This document shows positions 1 to 8,876 of a stretch of 64,000 nucleotides of DNA, piece after piece. The stretch is from an uncultured cyanobacterium (GTDB lineage: Bacteria; Cyanobacteriota; Cyanobacteriia; Cyanobacteriales; Nostocaceae). The notes under the pieces were generated by a model. That model was not told the origin of the DNA and made no database searches. It saw nothing but the letters and a program-made list of their open reading frames with translations. The stretch is from NCBI GenBank assembly GCA_963740315.1, contig CAVUDP010000004.1, positions 576,001 to 640,000 of the forward strand, read 5' to 3'. Made by a program: the position numbers and the translations under genes. Every line of letters begins with the position of its first letter. Position 1 is the stretch's first letter.

Positions 1-4
1 GTGA

Positions 5-754
5 CTAAGTTTCGTCTTCCACGGGGAAAAACTCCTTAGTATCCGCAGAAAAAGTCCAAGCCACTCCATCTGGATCTTTATTGCGACTCCATTCCGGAAA
101 TGCTGGATCGTCTCTACGCTTGAACACCGTGCTGGAATAAACCCCCAAACGTTTAGCAAGCTCAGATTGAATTAAAGAACCCAAAAACAATTGTTTTTCC
201 AGAGGTTTATTTACCTGTTCTACTTTTTCTAAAGTTTCTTCTGGTAATTCCTCCGCATTTACTAATTCAACAATTGATTCAGTAGGCTCGATCGCAGGAA
301 TCGGTTCGAGAAGTTCTTTGTTTAAAGTTGCAACAGGAGCATTACTAAAATCGATTTCTGGTTCGCTACTATCCAGAATGCTGCCCAAAGTGTTGGCACT
401 CATAAAGTAATACACTTTATTACCATCATCTGAGTCAACAATACTCGCGCCAAATTCAGAAGCTTTAGTATCCAAATAGCGTTTTGCCTTTGCTCCATGA
501 AAATTACCCCGCAATGCTAAATCCATAGGGGTAATCCTGCCTTGATTTTCCTGGATTAACTTTTGGAAAACTGGGTTAACCTTACTGCACCACTGTTGCC
601 ATTGGAAAGTTCGCCACAAATTGAACCCGACAATTACAGCAAACACTCCCAGCAAGAACCGCCATGCAGAAACTAGGAAGATAATTAAAAACGAAATTGG
701 CAAAAGTAGAAGCAAAAAACCTTTGCCCGAGGTTTCTAGTGTTTTTTCACTCAT
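5..754 (-). CDS. Hypothetical membrane protein
   Basis: 249-aa ORF with two N-terminal hydrophobic helices, an acidic linker and a C-terminal HTH-like segment (QSELAKRLGVYSSTV). Confidence 0.75.
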   Translation of the reverse strand: MSEKTLETSGKGFLLLLLPISFLIIFLVSAWRFLLGVFAVIVGFNLWRTFQWQQWCSKVNPVFQKLIQENQGRITPMDLALRGNFHGAKAKRYLDTKASEFGASIVDSDDGNKVYYFMSANTLGSILDSSEPEIDFSNAPVATLNKELLEPIPAIEPTESIVELVNAEELPEETLEKVEQVNKPLEKQLFLGSLIQSELAKRLGVYSSTVFKRRDDPAFPEWSRNKDPDGVAWTFSADTKEFFPVEDET

Positions 755-1064
755 GCCTATGTATTTGCTAAGTGATTGATTTTAGGAAATATTATCATCT
801 TGGCAAAAATTGGGACATTAATTTGTATTGCTTGTAGATTTATACGAAAGTTTTTGCAAAAAATTAACTTTATTGATAGTCGTAAATTCGTCAATATTCA
901 GCAATAAGTCTTCGTTCGGCTTGTATTTCTAAACTTTTACCAATCTAAAGGCAAAAAAATTCAAGCGATCGCATTTAAGCAAAAACTGGGAAATTAAGTA
1001 ATTAGCGATACAACTTAATACTGATATCAAGTAGGTTGGGTTAAAAGTGTACGAATAGATTTAT

Positions 1065-1096
1065 AAGGTTTGTAGTAAGCGCTTACTACGAACCTT
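1065..1096. repeat. GTAG-type palindromic (REP-like) repeat
   Basis: AAGGTTTGTAGTAAGC/GCTTACTACGAACCTT. Related GTAGTAAG...CTTACTAC palindromes occur near 8717-8770, 31565-31745 and 55650-55725. Confidence 0.7.
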
Positions 1097-1254
1097 CTTA
1101 CCCATCATAATTAATAGGACAAAGCACTGCTCCACCACAGAAATTATGAGGGCTTCAGGTAGTGCGTTAACGGAGTGTGTCCGCTAGGATATGCGTCTCA
1201 CTCGAAGTCACCAGCGAGCAAGATGCGATCGCTACGAATTATTTTCCCAACCCC

Positions 1255-1283
1255 TTGACACTTCATATTACATATACTACATT
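1255..1283 (+). promoter_or_regulatory. Sigma70-type promoter of the tRNA-like RNA/Ro60 operon
   Basis: TTGACA (1255-1260), a 17-nt spacer, then TACATT (1278-1283). Confidence 0.7.
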
Positions 1284-1395
1284 AATAATACAGAGCGAAA
1301 AACACAGCGTAAATTAATCAAATCTCATAAAATTTGACTTTTGCAATATGTTTTTCAATCTCGTTAAAACAAATGAATTTTGAATTGTTTTTTAT

Positions 1396-1539
1396 GAAGG
1401 GGTAGCCAAGTGGTAAGGCAGCGGAAGGGTAATTAATTTACTCTTATTCCTTGATTAACAACTTGCCCGTTTACGGGACGAATATCGAGGGTTATCGTGA
1501 TTTCGCCATTCGCAGGTTCAAATCCTGCTCCCTTCACCA
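1396..1539 (+). ncRNA. tRNA-like Y RNA 1 (His/Gln-like body, Y module in anticodon loop, encoded CCA)
   Basis: Acceptor GAAGGGG/TCCCTTC followed by A-CCA. D arm GCC-AAGTGGTAA-GGC. Anticodon stem GCGGA/TTCGC. T arm GCAGG-TTCAAAT-CCTGC. Insert contains ACTTGCCCG-TTTA-CGGGACGAA...GGTTATCG. Confidence 0.85.
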
Positions 1540-1581
1540 AAAAAATATTGAATTTTCAACTCATAATTCATAGTTTTTCAA

Positions 1582-1748
1582 GTAGGGGTGGCTGAGTGGT
1601 TTAAGGCAGCGACACTTATTTCCTTAATTAACAACTTGCCTGATAAGGGACGAATATTAAGGGTTATCGTAAAATTCGCCAATATAGCTATCTGAAAATT
1701 AATTTCGGAAGTGATTATTCGTAGGTTCAAATCCTACCCCCTACACCA
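1582..1748 (+). ncRNA. tRNA-like Y RNA 2 (class II-like body with long variable arm, encoded CCA)
   Basis: Acceptor GTAGGGG/CCCCTAC followed by A-CCA. D arm GCT-GAGTGGTTTAA-GGC. GCGA/TCGC stem. ~40-nt variable hairpin. T arm GTAGG-TTCAAAT-CCTAC. Same ACTTGCC...GGACGAA...GGTTATCG insert. Confidence 0.85.
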
Positions 1749-1791
1749 AAAAATCCAAAAGCATCCGTTGTTAAAATCCAAAATACTCATG

Positions 1792-1922
1792 TGGCGAGTA
1801 GCGCAGCTAGGTAGCGCGTCAAACAGAATGTCCTTTTTCACAAACTTGCCTTTTGAGGACGGAGAATTAGGGTTATCGCTTTTAATTTGAAGGTCGCAGG
1901 TTCAAATCCTGCTTCGCCACCA
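1792..1922 (+). ncRNA. tRNA-like Y RNA 3 (retains a Lys UUU anticodon loop)
   Basis: Acceptor TGGCGAG/TTCGCCA then CCA. D arm GCGC-AGCTAGGTA-GCGC. TCAAA/TTTGA stem with CTTTTAA at 1879-1885. T arm GCAGG-TTCAAAT-CCTGC. Module at 1824-1878. Confidence 0.85.
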
Positions 1923-1940
1923 AAAATCTAAAATTCTTCT

Positions 1941-2066
1941 GTGGTAAGTAGCTCAGTAGTTAGAGCGCCTAAACGTCTTTGTTCAAAACTTGCCTTTCGG
2001 GGACGACGAATAAAGGTTATCGCCTGTCAAGCGGGAAGTCGCGGGTGCAAATCCTGCCTTACCACC
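1941..2066 (+). ncRNA. tRNA-like Y RNA 4 (retains an Asp GUC anticodon loop)
   Basis: GTGGTAAG/CTTACCAC stem. D arm GCTC-AGTAGTTA-GAGC. CGC-CTGTCAA-GCG hairpin. T arm GCGGG-TGCAAAT-CCTGC. Module ACTTGCCT-TTCG-GGGACGA...GGTTATCG. No CCA encoded after the stem. Confidence 0.8.
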
Positions 2067-2102
2067 TTCCATTTTTGTCCGCAAGGGCTGGGAGTTAAAA
2101 TA

Positions 2103-3704
2103 ATGAACTATAAATTCTTTACTCAAAATAAAAAAACGCCGCAAAATCAACCTATTCCTGGCAGAGAAGCAGAGATGATTCGGGGACGCAGCGGCGGCTA
2201 TATGTTTGATGCACTTATATGGCAAATGCTGCGACGCTGTTTGTTAATTGGTACCGCAAAAAGCACTTATTATGCTGGAAAGCGTGAATTAACTGAAGAT
2301 TTTTTCTCAACCGTTCAAAAAGCTGTTGCTGAAAATTGCGATCGCGTTGCTGAAGAAATTTTGTACGCTAGCGATGGACGAGCCATCAATAACAGTGCGC
2401 CAATATTTGCTTTAGTTTTGCTATCGATGGGTGAAACACCAGAAGCGAAAGCTGCTTTTACAAAAATATTTCCGCAAGTAGTTCGCACTGGCAGCCATTT
2501 TTATGAATGGTTGAGCTATACAAAGTCGCTGCGTGGTTTTGGTAAAGTTGTGCGGGAAGCTGGTAAAACCTGGTTGTCGCGTCCCGATGCTACAGGTTTA
2601 GCTTATCAATTGTTAAAGTACCAGCAACGTCATGATTTTACCAACCGCGACGCTTTACGGTTGTTTCACGTCAAACCACCAACTCCGGATCATGAATTAC
2701 TGTTTCATTGGATAGTCAAAGGTTGGGAAGAGTTACCCACGAATATTCCTAGTACCGCTTTGACACAGATTTGGTGGTACGAATGGTTGAAGCGCAATCC
2801 AGATCAAACCCACGAAGCTATAACTAAAGGACGCTTGACTCATGAAATGTCTGCTCCGGTGGGCAAAATGGATAAGCAAGCTTGGCAATTGTTATTTAAC
2901 GAAATGCCGATTGGTGCGATGTTGCGTAACTTGGGTTCGCTGACACAATTGGATGTATTGCGAAGCGATGAACCTGCAAACCTCGATCGCCTTGAAGCAG
3001 TTCTTAACAGTAAAGAACATTTACGTAAAGGACGCATCCATCCTATCGATGTTTTGAAAGCGCTCAAAACCTATCAATCTGGAGGAAATTTAGGACGCAG
3101 CAAAAAGACTTGGAATCCAGTTAGCCGCATAGTAGACATTTTAGAAAAAGCATTAGAACTGTCTTTCGATGTGGTTGAACCTACGGGTAAAGTGTTCATG
3201 CACGCCGTTGACATATCGGGTTCGATGTCTTACACCAGCGTGAGTTCTATTGGACTTACCTGCTGTGAAATCGCTACTACAATGGCACTTGTCACAGCAA
3301 AAGCCGAGAAAAACTACATGATTCGTGGCTTTGCTACCGACTTTCGCAACTTGGGTATTACAGCTAAAGATAGTTTTAGTTCGGCAATTCGTAAAGCTAG
3401 CAATCAAAACTTCGGCGGCACAGATGCTTCAGTTGCTTATGATTGGATGATTAAAAACAACTTCAAAGCCGATGTAATTTGTTTTTGGACTGACTCAGAA
3501 AGTTGGGCTGGTAGAAGTCATCCATCTCAGGCATTAGCACGATACCGCGAAAAAGTCAATCCCAACGCTAAAGCTGTTTACGTCACCTTGGCACCCTACC
3601 AGATTACCTTGGTAGACCCCGAAGATCCTTTGAGTTGGGACATTGGCGGATTCGATCCCGGTGCGCCGCGTTTGATTCAAATGCTGGCAGAGGAAGGATT
3701 ATAA
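2103..3704 (+). CDS. Ro60-related TROVE/vWA-domain RNA-binding protein (Rsr)
   Basis: TROVE-type motifs (LLKYQQR..TNRDALRLFH, AMLRNLG, RIHPIDVL) and a C-terminal vWA MIDAS (AVDISGSM, GGTD, WTDSE). The likely start is ATG 2103 after GGAG; the track's N-terminal extension overlaps RNA 4. Confidence 0.93.
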   Translation: MNYKFFTQNKKTPQNQPIPGREAEMIRGRSGGYMFDALIWQMLRRCLLIGTAKSTYYAGKRELTEDFFSTVQKAVAENCDRVAEEILYASDGRAINNSAPIFALVLLSMGETPEAKAAFTKIFPQVVRTGSHFYEWLSYTKSLRGFGKVVREAGKTWLSRPDATGLAYQLLKYQQRHDFTNRDALRLFHVKPPTPDHELLFHWIVKGWEELPTNIPSTALTQIWWYEWLKRNPDQTHEAITKGRLTHEMSAPVGKMDKQAWQLLFNEMPIGAMLRNLGSLTQLDVLRSDEPANLDRLEAVLNSKEHLRKGRIHPIDVLKALKTYQSGGNLGRSKKTWNPVSRIVDILEKALELSFDVVEPTGKVFMHAVDISGSMSYTSVSSIGLTCCEIATTMALVTAKAEKNYMIRGFATDFRNLGITAKDSFSSAIRKASNQNFGGTDASVAYDWMIKNNFKADVICFWTDSESWAGRSHPSQALARYREKVNPNAKAVYVTLAPYQITLVDPEDPLSWDIGGFDPGAPRLIQMLAEEGL

Positions 3705-3778
3705 TAGATTAACTGGACTATGGGGAATGGAATGAAATTTTCTCCCCATCTCCCTATCTCCCCATCATATTTATTCAC

Positions 3779-3890
3779 GGCGGGGTTTCCTGGTTCGCAA
3801 CTTGCCCAAATCGGGACGATGGATTTAGGATTATCGGCATAAAATCTCCACCATTTTGGGGATGAACGGGTTCGATCCCCGTACCCGCCT
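3779..3890 (+). ncRNA. tRNA-like Y RNA 5 (Y module in place of the D arm)
   Basis: GGCGGG/CCCGCC terminal stem. T arm ACGGG-TTCGATC-CCCGT. Module ACTTGCCC-AAATC-GGGACGA...GATTATCG. Internal hairpin ATCTCC-ACCATTTT-GGGGAT. Confidence 0.75.
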
Positions 3891-3904
3891 TTATTTATAT
3901 ATAA

Positions 3905-3932
3905 CCTTGGCTAGAAGTCGAGGCTTTTTTTT
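3905..3932 (+). terminator. Intrinsic terminator closing the Ro60/Y RNA operon
   Basis: CCTTGGCT-AGA-AGTCGAGG hairpin followed by C and 8 T. Confidence 0.75.
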
Positions 3933-4057
3933 GACAATATAGTATGAATAATTACGCAAGCGATCGCAATAATAATCGCGCTGAATTCGCAACATTTTTT
4001 AATTCATTTGCGTCTATATTTTCAGGATTTTAAATACAGTCAAAATATTATATTGAA

Positions 4058-4594
4058 ATGAAAAAACCATATTATTTGTTGCAAAGTATATTTATTCTTG
4101 TAACTAGTATTTTGTTAATTGAAACTAACAGTGTAAATGCAGCCGAAAAAGTTGTCTTCAGATACAAAATCTTTAGTAGAACATTGCCAGTAAAAGAATT
4201 AACAAAGTTGTCTGAAACTGGAGAAGTTTCGCCAAACTTAGATTATTACTTGAAGCGGACGAAGCAAGACCCCGAAGCAGTTCGCAATGTCTTGAACAAA
4301 GAAGTAAACGTTAGTACCGTAACTTTAGACCGCACGCTAAACAGTGAGATTGGTGGTTTTTTATTAGATCGAATTAGTCAGACAATTCATACTTCATCAG
4401 ATCGAGCTAATAGAAAAGCTTTGCGATCGGCAATAGTACTATCTAGCAGTGAAGATAACAAAGTTTCACTAATTGAAATAATTCAGAATTATCCAACTAA
4501 AGAAGTTTATGTAGAGGGAGATAATTTAGCGCGGACTTATAAACAGCTAAGCATTTTAACGGAAGGTTTACAAGGATGGTTGGGTATTCTCTAA
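4058..4594 (+). CDS. DUF1400-type secreted protein (alpha/beta-hydrolase-associated domain)
   Basis: Signal peptide ending NAAEKV, plus ALRSAIVLS and LIEIIQNYPT motifs typical of this cyanobacterial family. Confidence 0.75.
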   Translation: MKKPYYLLQSIFILVTSILLIETNSVNAAEKVVFRYKIFSRTLPVKELTKLSETGEVSPNLDYYLKRTKQDPEAVRNVLNKEVNVSTVTLDRTLNSEIGGFLLDRISQTIHTSSDRANRKALRSAIVLSSSEDNKVSLIEIIQNYPTKEVYVEGDNLARTYKQLSILTEGLQGWLGIL

Positions 4595-4738
4595 TTATTA
4601 TCTAGCACAGCACAACTATGTACAAAGAATGATTTATCTTTACTAGCATATCTGTCTTGAGAGCAGTTTAGCGATTAAGTTTAACTGTTAAATTATTGAT
4701 GAAAAATAATTTGTACTTTATTACTTAATATCTCAACA

Positions 4739-5413
4739 ATGGCATTTAAAAGCGTAATTTTAGACGTAGATGGAACCCTTGTCCTTAGTAATGATGTTCA
4801 TGCCCAAGCTTGGGTAGAAGCATTTGCAAAATTTGGTTATGAGGTAAAATATGACGAAGTTCGACCATTAATTGGCATGGGTGGCGACCAAATTATTCCT
4901 AAATTTGCGCCGGGGCTTTCTGATGAAGAAGGAACAGGCAAGCAAATAACCGATTACCGTAAGGAATTAGTTCTTGATAAGTTTGTACCAAAAATGTCTG
5001 CCGCTAATGGTGCCAGAGACATGGTATTGAAGCTGCAAGAAGAGGGAAAGCGTTTAGTGATTGCAACTTCAGCAAGTTCTAAAGTACTGACATCTTTACT
5101 TAAAGTTGCCAAAGTAGACGATATTCTCAGTGAAGATGACGCTACAAGTTCCGATGATGCGGAAGACTCGAAACCAGCACCGGATATAGTACAAGCTGCT
5201 TTGAAAAAATTTGAAATGCAGCCCGACGAAACTGTGATGATTGGTGATACTCCTTACGATATTGAAGCTGCAAATAAAGCTGGAGTCAAAGTTATTGCAG
5301 TGCGTAGCGGTGGCTTTGATGATTCTCAACTTCATAGCGCGATCGCCATTTATAACGATGCGGCAGATTTGGTAGAAAACTATGATAATTCCCCGCTAGC
5401 AAACGCTAAATAA
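4739..5413 (+). CDS. HAD-superfamily hydrolase
   Basis: DVDGTL motif I, SKPAPD and MIGDTPYD motifs. Confidence 0.9.
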   Translation: MAFKSVILDVDGTLVLSNDVHAQAWVEAFAKFGYEVKYDEVRPLIGMGGDQIIPKFAPGLSDEEGTGKQITDYRKELVLDKFVPKMSAANGARDMVLKLQEEGKRLVIATSASSKVLTSLLKVAKVDDILSEDDATSSDDAEDSKPAPDIVQAALKKFEMQPDETVMIGDTPYDIEAANKAGVKVIAVRSGGFDDSQLHSAIAIYNDAADLVENYDNSPLANAK

Positions 5414-5502
5414 TTGTAATAGATTTATTTTTGTCGTAGTGTGGTTAAGAAAGGGTTATCTAGATTTCTAACCACCTACATAAAATATAAAATTCAAAAT
5501 TG

Positions 5503-5796
5503 ATGAAATTAATTGCTTTAGTGCTGGTTTCGCTAAGTATTATGTTTTCATTCGCTTTCCCAGCTAATGCTGATACTTGTAGCGATTACAACGGACACGA
5601 AGTTTGTATTATTAATCTGAGACGTAGTGCTAAGAGATATTGGACTTACAGGGCAACTATCAGTATTGATGGCAAGAAACTACCGAGAGAAATCTATAAC
5701 TGTCGTGGGGAATTCAGAATTCAAAAAAATGGCAAAATTGTCCCATTTGGGGAAGATGGTGTAGGTAATTTAGTATGCCAATTTTATAAGAAGTAG
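5503..5796 (+). CDS. Small secreted Cys-containing hypothetical protein
   Basis: Signal peptide (…FPANA) and four Cys. Confidence 0.65.
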   Translation: MKLIALVLVSLSIMFSFAFPANADTCSDYNGHEVCIINLRRSAKRYWTYRATISIDGKKLPREIYNCRGEFRIQKNGKIVPFGEDGVGNLVCQFYKK

Positions 5797-6071
5797 TTTT
5801 ATTGCTTAAAATATTTTTAATAAAAAAACCGATGCTTGAGGTGAGACGCGCAGATAAAAGAAATAAAGATATATATAATAATATAAAATTTTATTTCTTT
5901 TGTGCGACGAGTATACAGGCAAAAATAAACACGGTAAAACCTACGTAGCTAAATACAGTTATCCAATCTTGCCAGTTAGGGGGAAGGGTTGATGTTTCGT
6001 TCATTGGTGAAAGTGGGAAATAAATTTAAGTGAATCTATCTTCGTGTTAGAGGAAGGGGAAGAGAGTCAAA

Positions 6072-6131
6072 ATGTCAGAGTTAATAAATGCTCTAGATAG
6101 AATTATAAATTGGTTTCAAAATAACAATTAA
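6072..6131 (+). pseudogene. 5' remnant of an SMI1/KNR4-like gene
   Basis: MSELINALDRIINWFQNNN* resembles the N-terminus of the SMI1-like protein at 44229 (MSVLTEAFERFEHWLWQN) and follows a purine-rich RBS-like region. Confidence 0.45.
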
Positions 6132-6239
6132 TCTTTTTTCGCAGGAGATATTGATTTAAAAAACCTTACTAGACGCAGAGAGCGCAGAGGAAGAAGATTA
6201 AGAAAGATTGATAATTGATAATTGATAATTAATAACTGC

Positions 6240-7700
6240 TCACTGTAATTCCACCATTTCCCGAATATTCCCCCTCAATCCTCCGACTCCCCGATCAAAT
6301 TCTCTATCTTGCTGACAAACCAACATTGGTAAACCACCTTTAGCAGCTAAGACAATTAAAGCGCTACGATTAATTTGTTGTTGTGGTAAAGATTGAAAAC
6401 GGAATTTTTGCAGCAACATTGCTAATACAATTTTGATTTCCATCATCGCAAACCCCGCTCCGATACATTTACGGGAACCAGCGCTGAAGGGATTATATGC
6501 AAAGTTATCTACTTCTAAAGTTTCCCAACGTTGGGGATTAAATTTATCAGGTTGCAAGTAAATTTCGGGACTATGATGACTGTGGTAAATACTTACCCAA
6601 ACTTCGGTTCCTGGAGGTAATTCATAACCTGACAAAATAGTTGCTTGGGATGTAACGCGAGCATTCCAAGGTACTGGTGGTAGTATCCGTAGACTTTCTT
6701 TAATGACTCGCTCTAGCAACGGTAACTGCTGCAATTGTTCGATTGTGGGTGCTTCTGCTTGTAATACCGTATCGAGTTCATCCACTAAGTCAGCAGCAAT
6801 TTCTGGGTGTTGGGAAAGTAAAAATAATGTCCAAGTTAAAGCATTAGCGCTGGTTTCGTGTCCGGCAGCAAATATTACACTGACCTGTCCGAGTAATTCA
6901 TCTTCGCTTAATGTCATTCCAGTTTCAGCGTCTCGTGCTTCGATCAACATCGAAAGCACATCCCCGGTATCGCTGTCTGTAGCTTTTCTGGAGCGAATTA
7001 TCCCGCGCATTTCTTCGTCTAACTCAGCCATTAAACTTAGCATCCGGCGGAAGGGAAACCCCGGTAAATCGAAGGGAAAAACCATCGTTGTCGGACTACC
7101 TAATAAAATACCAATTTGTTGAAGAAGTTTGGCGCTTTTACTACCTTTTTCTCCCATATCCACACCGAATAAAGTCTTGGTGGCTACCCGCAATGTCAGC
7201 GATCGCATCAATGCAGCAATATTGGTGACTTGATTAACTTCTAATTCCTGGCTCAGTGATTCCGTAATTGCAACAATACTATCTTTGTAAGACTCAATCC
7301 GTTTTTGATGAAAAGCTGGCATTAATAACTGACGGTGACGACGATGAGCGTCGCTATTTACACCAAATAAACCTACACCAAAATGTTTCAAAGGTTCCGT
7401 GCGCGGTGATTGATCTCGTCTGCGGTACAATCCACCAGTCAAAGGATATTTGTAATAAATTTCATGTTGAGTTGCTACTGTTTGAATGTTTTCAGCCCCA
7501 TAAGTAAAAACAGTACCGGGACAATTTGGTAAGGGAGAGTAAAGATTAGTACCACCACCACGAGCAAGGGAAACTAAATTACCGTATTCTTGAAATAATT
7601 GACTTGTAAAACCCAGAGAATCACGAACAAATTTTGATACTAATATGGTGCGTCCAAATAATGGTAAAGGTTGAGGACCGGGAACTGTTAATTTAGTCAT
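6240..7700 (-). CDS. Cytochrome P450
   Basis: AGHETS I-helix, ESLR K-helix and FSAGSRKCIG heme-binding motif. Confidence 0.95.
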   Translation of the reverse strand: MTKLTVPGPQPLPLFGRTILVSKFVRDSLGFTSQLFQEYGNLVSLARGGGTNLYSPLPNCPGTVFTYGAENIQTVATQHEIYYKYPLTGGLYRRRDQSPRTEPLKHFGVGLFGVNSDAHRRHRQLLMPAFHQKRIESYKDSIVAITESLSQELEVNQVTNIAALMRSLTLRVATKTLFGVDMGEKGSKSAKLLQQIGILLGSPTTMVFPFDLPGFPFRRMLSLMAELDEEMRGIIRSRKATDSDTGDVLSMLIEARDAETGMTLSEDELLGQVSVIFAAGHETSANALTWTLFLLSQHPEIAADLVDELDTVLQAEAPTIEQLQQLPLLERVIKESLRILPPVPWNARVTSQATILSGYELPPGTEVWVSIYHSHHSPEIYLQPDKFNPQRWETLEVDNFAYNPFSAGSRKCIGAGFAMMEIKIVLAMLLQKFRFQSLPQQQINRSALIVLAAKGGLPMLVCQQDREFDRGVGGLRGNIREMVELQ

Positions 7701-7958
7701 AGTAGTTGTAAAAAAAATTGTTGTAATTAGATGAATGCTAATATCACAGTAGAATTTTTAATGTTTGTATTTGACTTTTACGGCTAAAAACCTCACCCTG
7801 TCATAACCGACATCCCTCTGCTTATTAAGGAGAGGGAAAATAAAAAACTAGATAATACATTACTAATAAATCAAGCAATTCTTAGTCCTATTTATAGGAC
7901 TTATGCTATTAGCTTGGGGTTTGCAACCCCAAGTGGGTTAAAAGAAGAACAAATAACT

Positions 7959-8723
7959 ATGAATTTCACCACACCTTTATATAACCTCAACCCCTTAAAT
8001 CGCTTCTCGGATAAAGCAGAAAACTATACAAAATATCGTCCTATTTATCCAGATGCAGTAATTAACAAAATACTGGAAAATTTAACTTCACAAAATCAAC
8101 TTGTCGCGGCGGATATTGGTGCTGGTACGGGAATTTCTGCGCGTCAATTAGCAAAACGTGGTGTAAATGTAATTGCAATTGAACCAAATTCAGCCATGAG
8201 AGAAGCGGCTGAAAATCATCAAAATGTAGAGTGGAAAATTGGAACAGCGTCAGCGACTAATTTACCCGATGCATCGGTTGATTTAATAACTTGTTTTCAA
8301 GCTTTTCACTGGTTCAAACCGGAAGCAACTTTATTAGAATTTCGCCGGATTCTTAAACCACAAGGAAGATTAGCGATAGTTTTTCAAGATATCAACCGCG
8401 ATGATGAATTTACAAAAGCTTATGGTGAAATAATTAGTAAAGCTGCAAATAATCGTCCACCGACGGATTTTAGTTCTAAGATTGAACCTTTGCGAGAAAG
8501 TTCGGATTTTAAATATATTGATTGCTATAAATTTCCTTATAAACAAGAATTAGATTTATCAAGTTTAATTGGACTTGCTAAAAGTGTTTCGTTTATTTCG
8601 TCAGAAGAAACTGTACAAACGCAACTTGTTTACGATCTAGAAAATTTGCATCAGCGCTTTTGTAATTCAGATGGTTTCGTTTATCTTGTTTATCGTAATA
8701 GCGTATATTTGGCTCGTTCGTAG
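7959..8723 (+). CDS. Class I SAM-dependent methyltransferase (tandem paralog A)
   Basis: ADIGAGTG motif and CFQAFHWF; ATG at 7959. Confidence 0.9.
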   Translation: MNFTTPLYNLNPLNRFSDKAENYTKYRPIYPDAVINKILENLTSQNQLVAADIGAGTGISARQLAKRGVNVIAIEPNSAMREAAENHQNVEWKIGTASATNLPDASVDLITCFQAFHWFKPEATLLEFRRILKPQGRLAIVFQDINRDDEFTKAYGEIISKAANNRPPTDFSSKIEPLRESSDFKYIDCYKFPYKQELDLSSLIGLAKSVSFISSEETVQTQLVYDLENLHQRFCNSDGFVYLVYRNSVYLARS

Positions 8724-8876
8724 TAAGGACTTTAGTCCTGATTCTAAGCGATAAATCGCTTACTACGAACCAATGCTTGATTGCATTAGTTTAATGGGTT
8801 ATATATATTTTGTAGTGCGAGCATCTTGCTCGCTCGATACTACTTGCGAGCATCTTGCTCGCACTACCTAATTAAA

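Noticed and set aside
1396..2066. Ordinary tRNA cluster, or tRNAs with group I introns
   Set aside because: The inserts are only ~50-70 nt, too short for group I/II introns. They share a Ro-binding-like motif and flank a TROVE gene.
1941..2102. 54-aa N-terminal extension of the TROVE ORF in the track
   Set aside because: It overlaps tRNA-like RNA 4, and ATG 2103 has a GGAG RBS.
3844..3880. tmRNA (ssrA) gene
   Set aside because: CTCCACCA and GGGGATGA resemble tmRNA ends, but a terminator follows within 50 nt, leaving no room for a tag ORF or pseudoknots.
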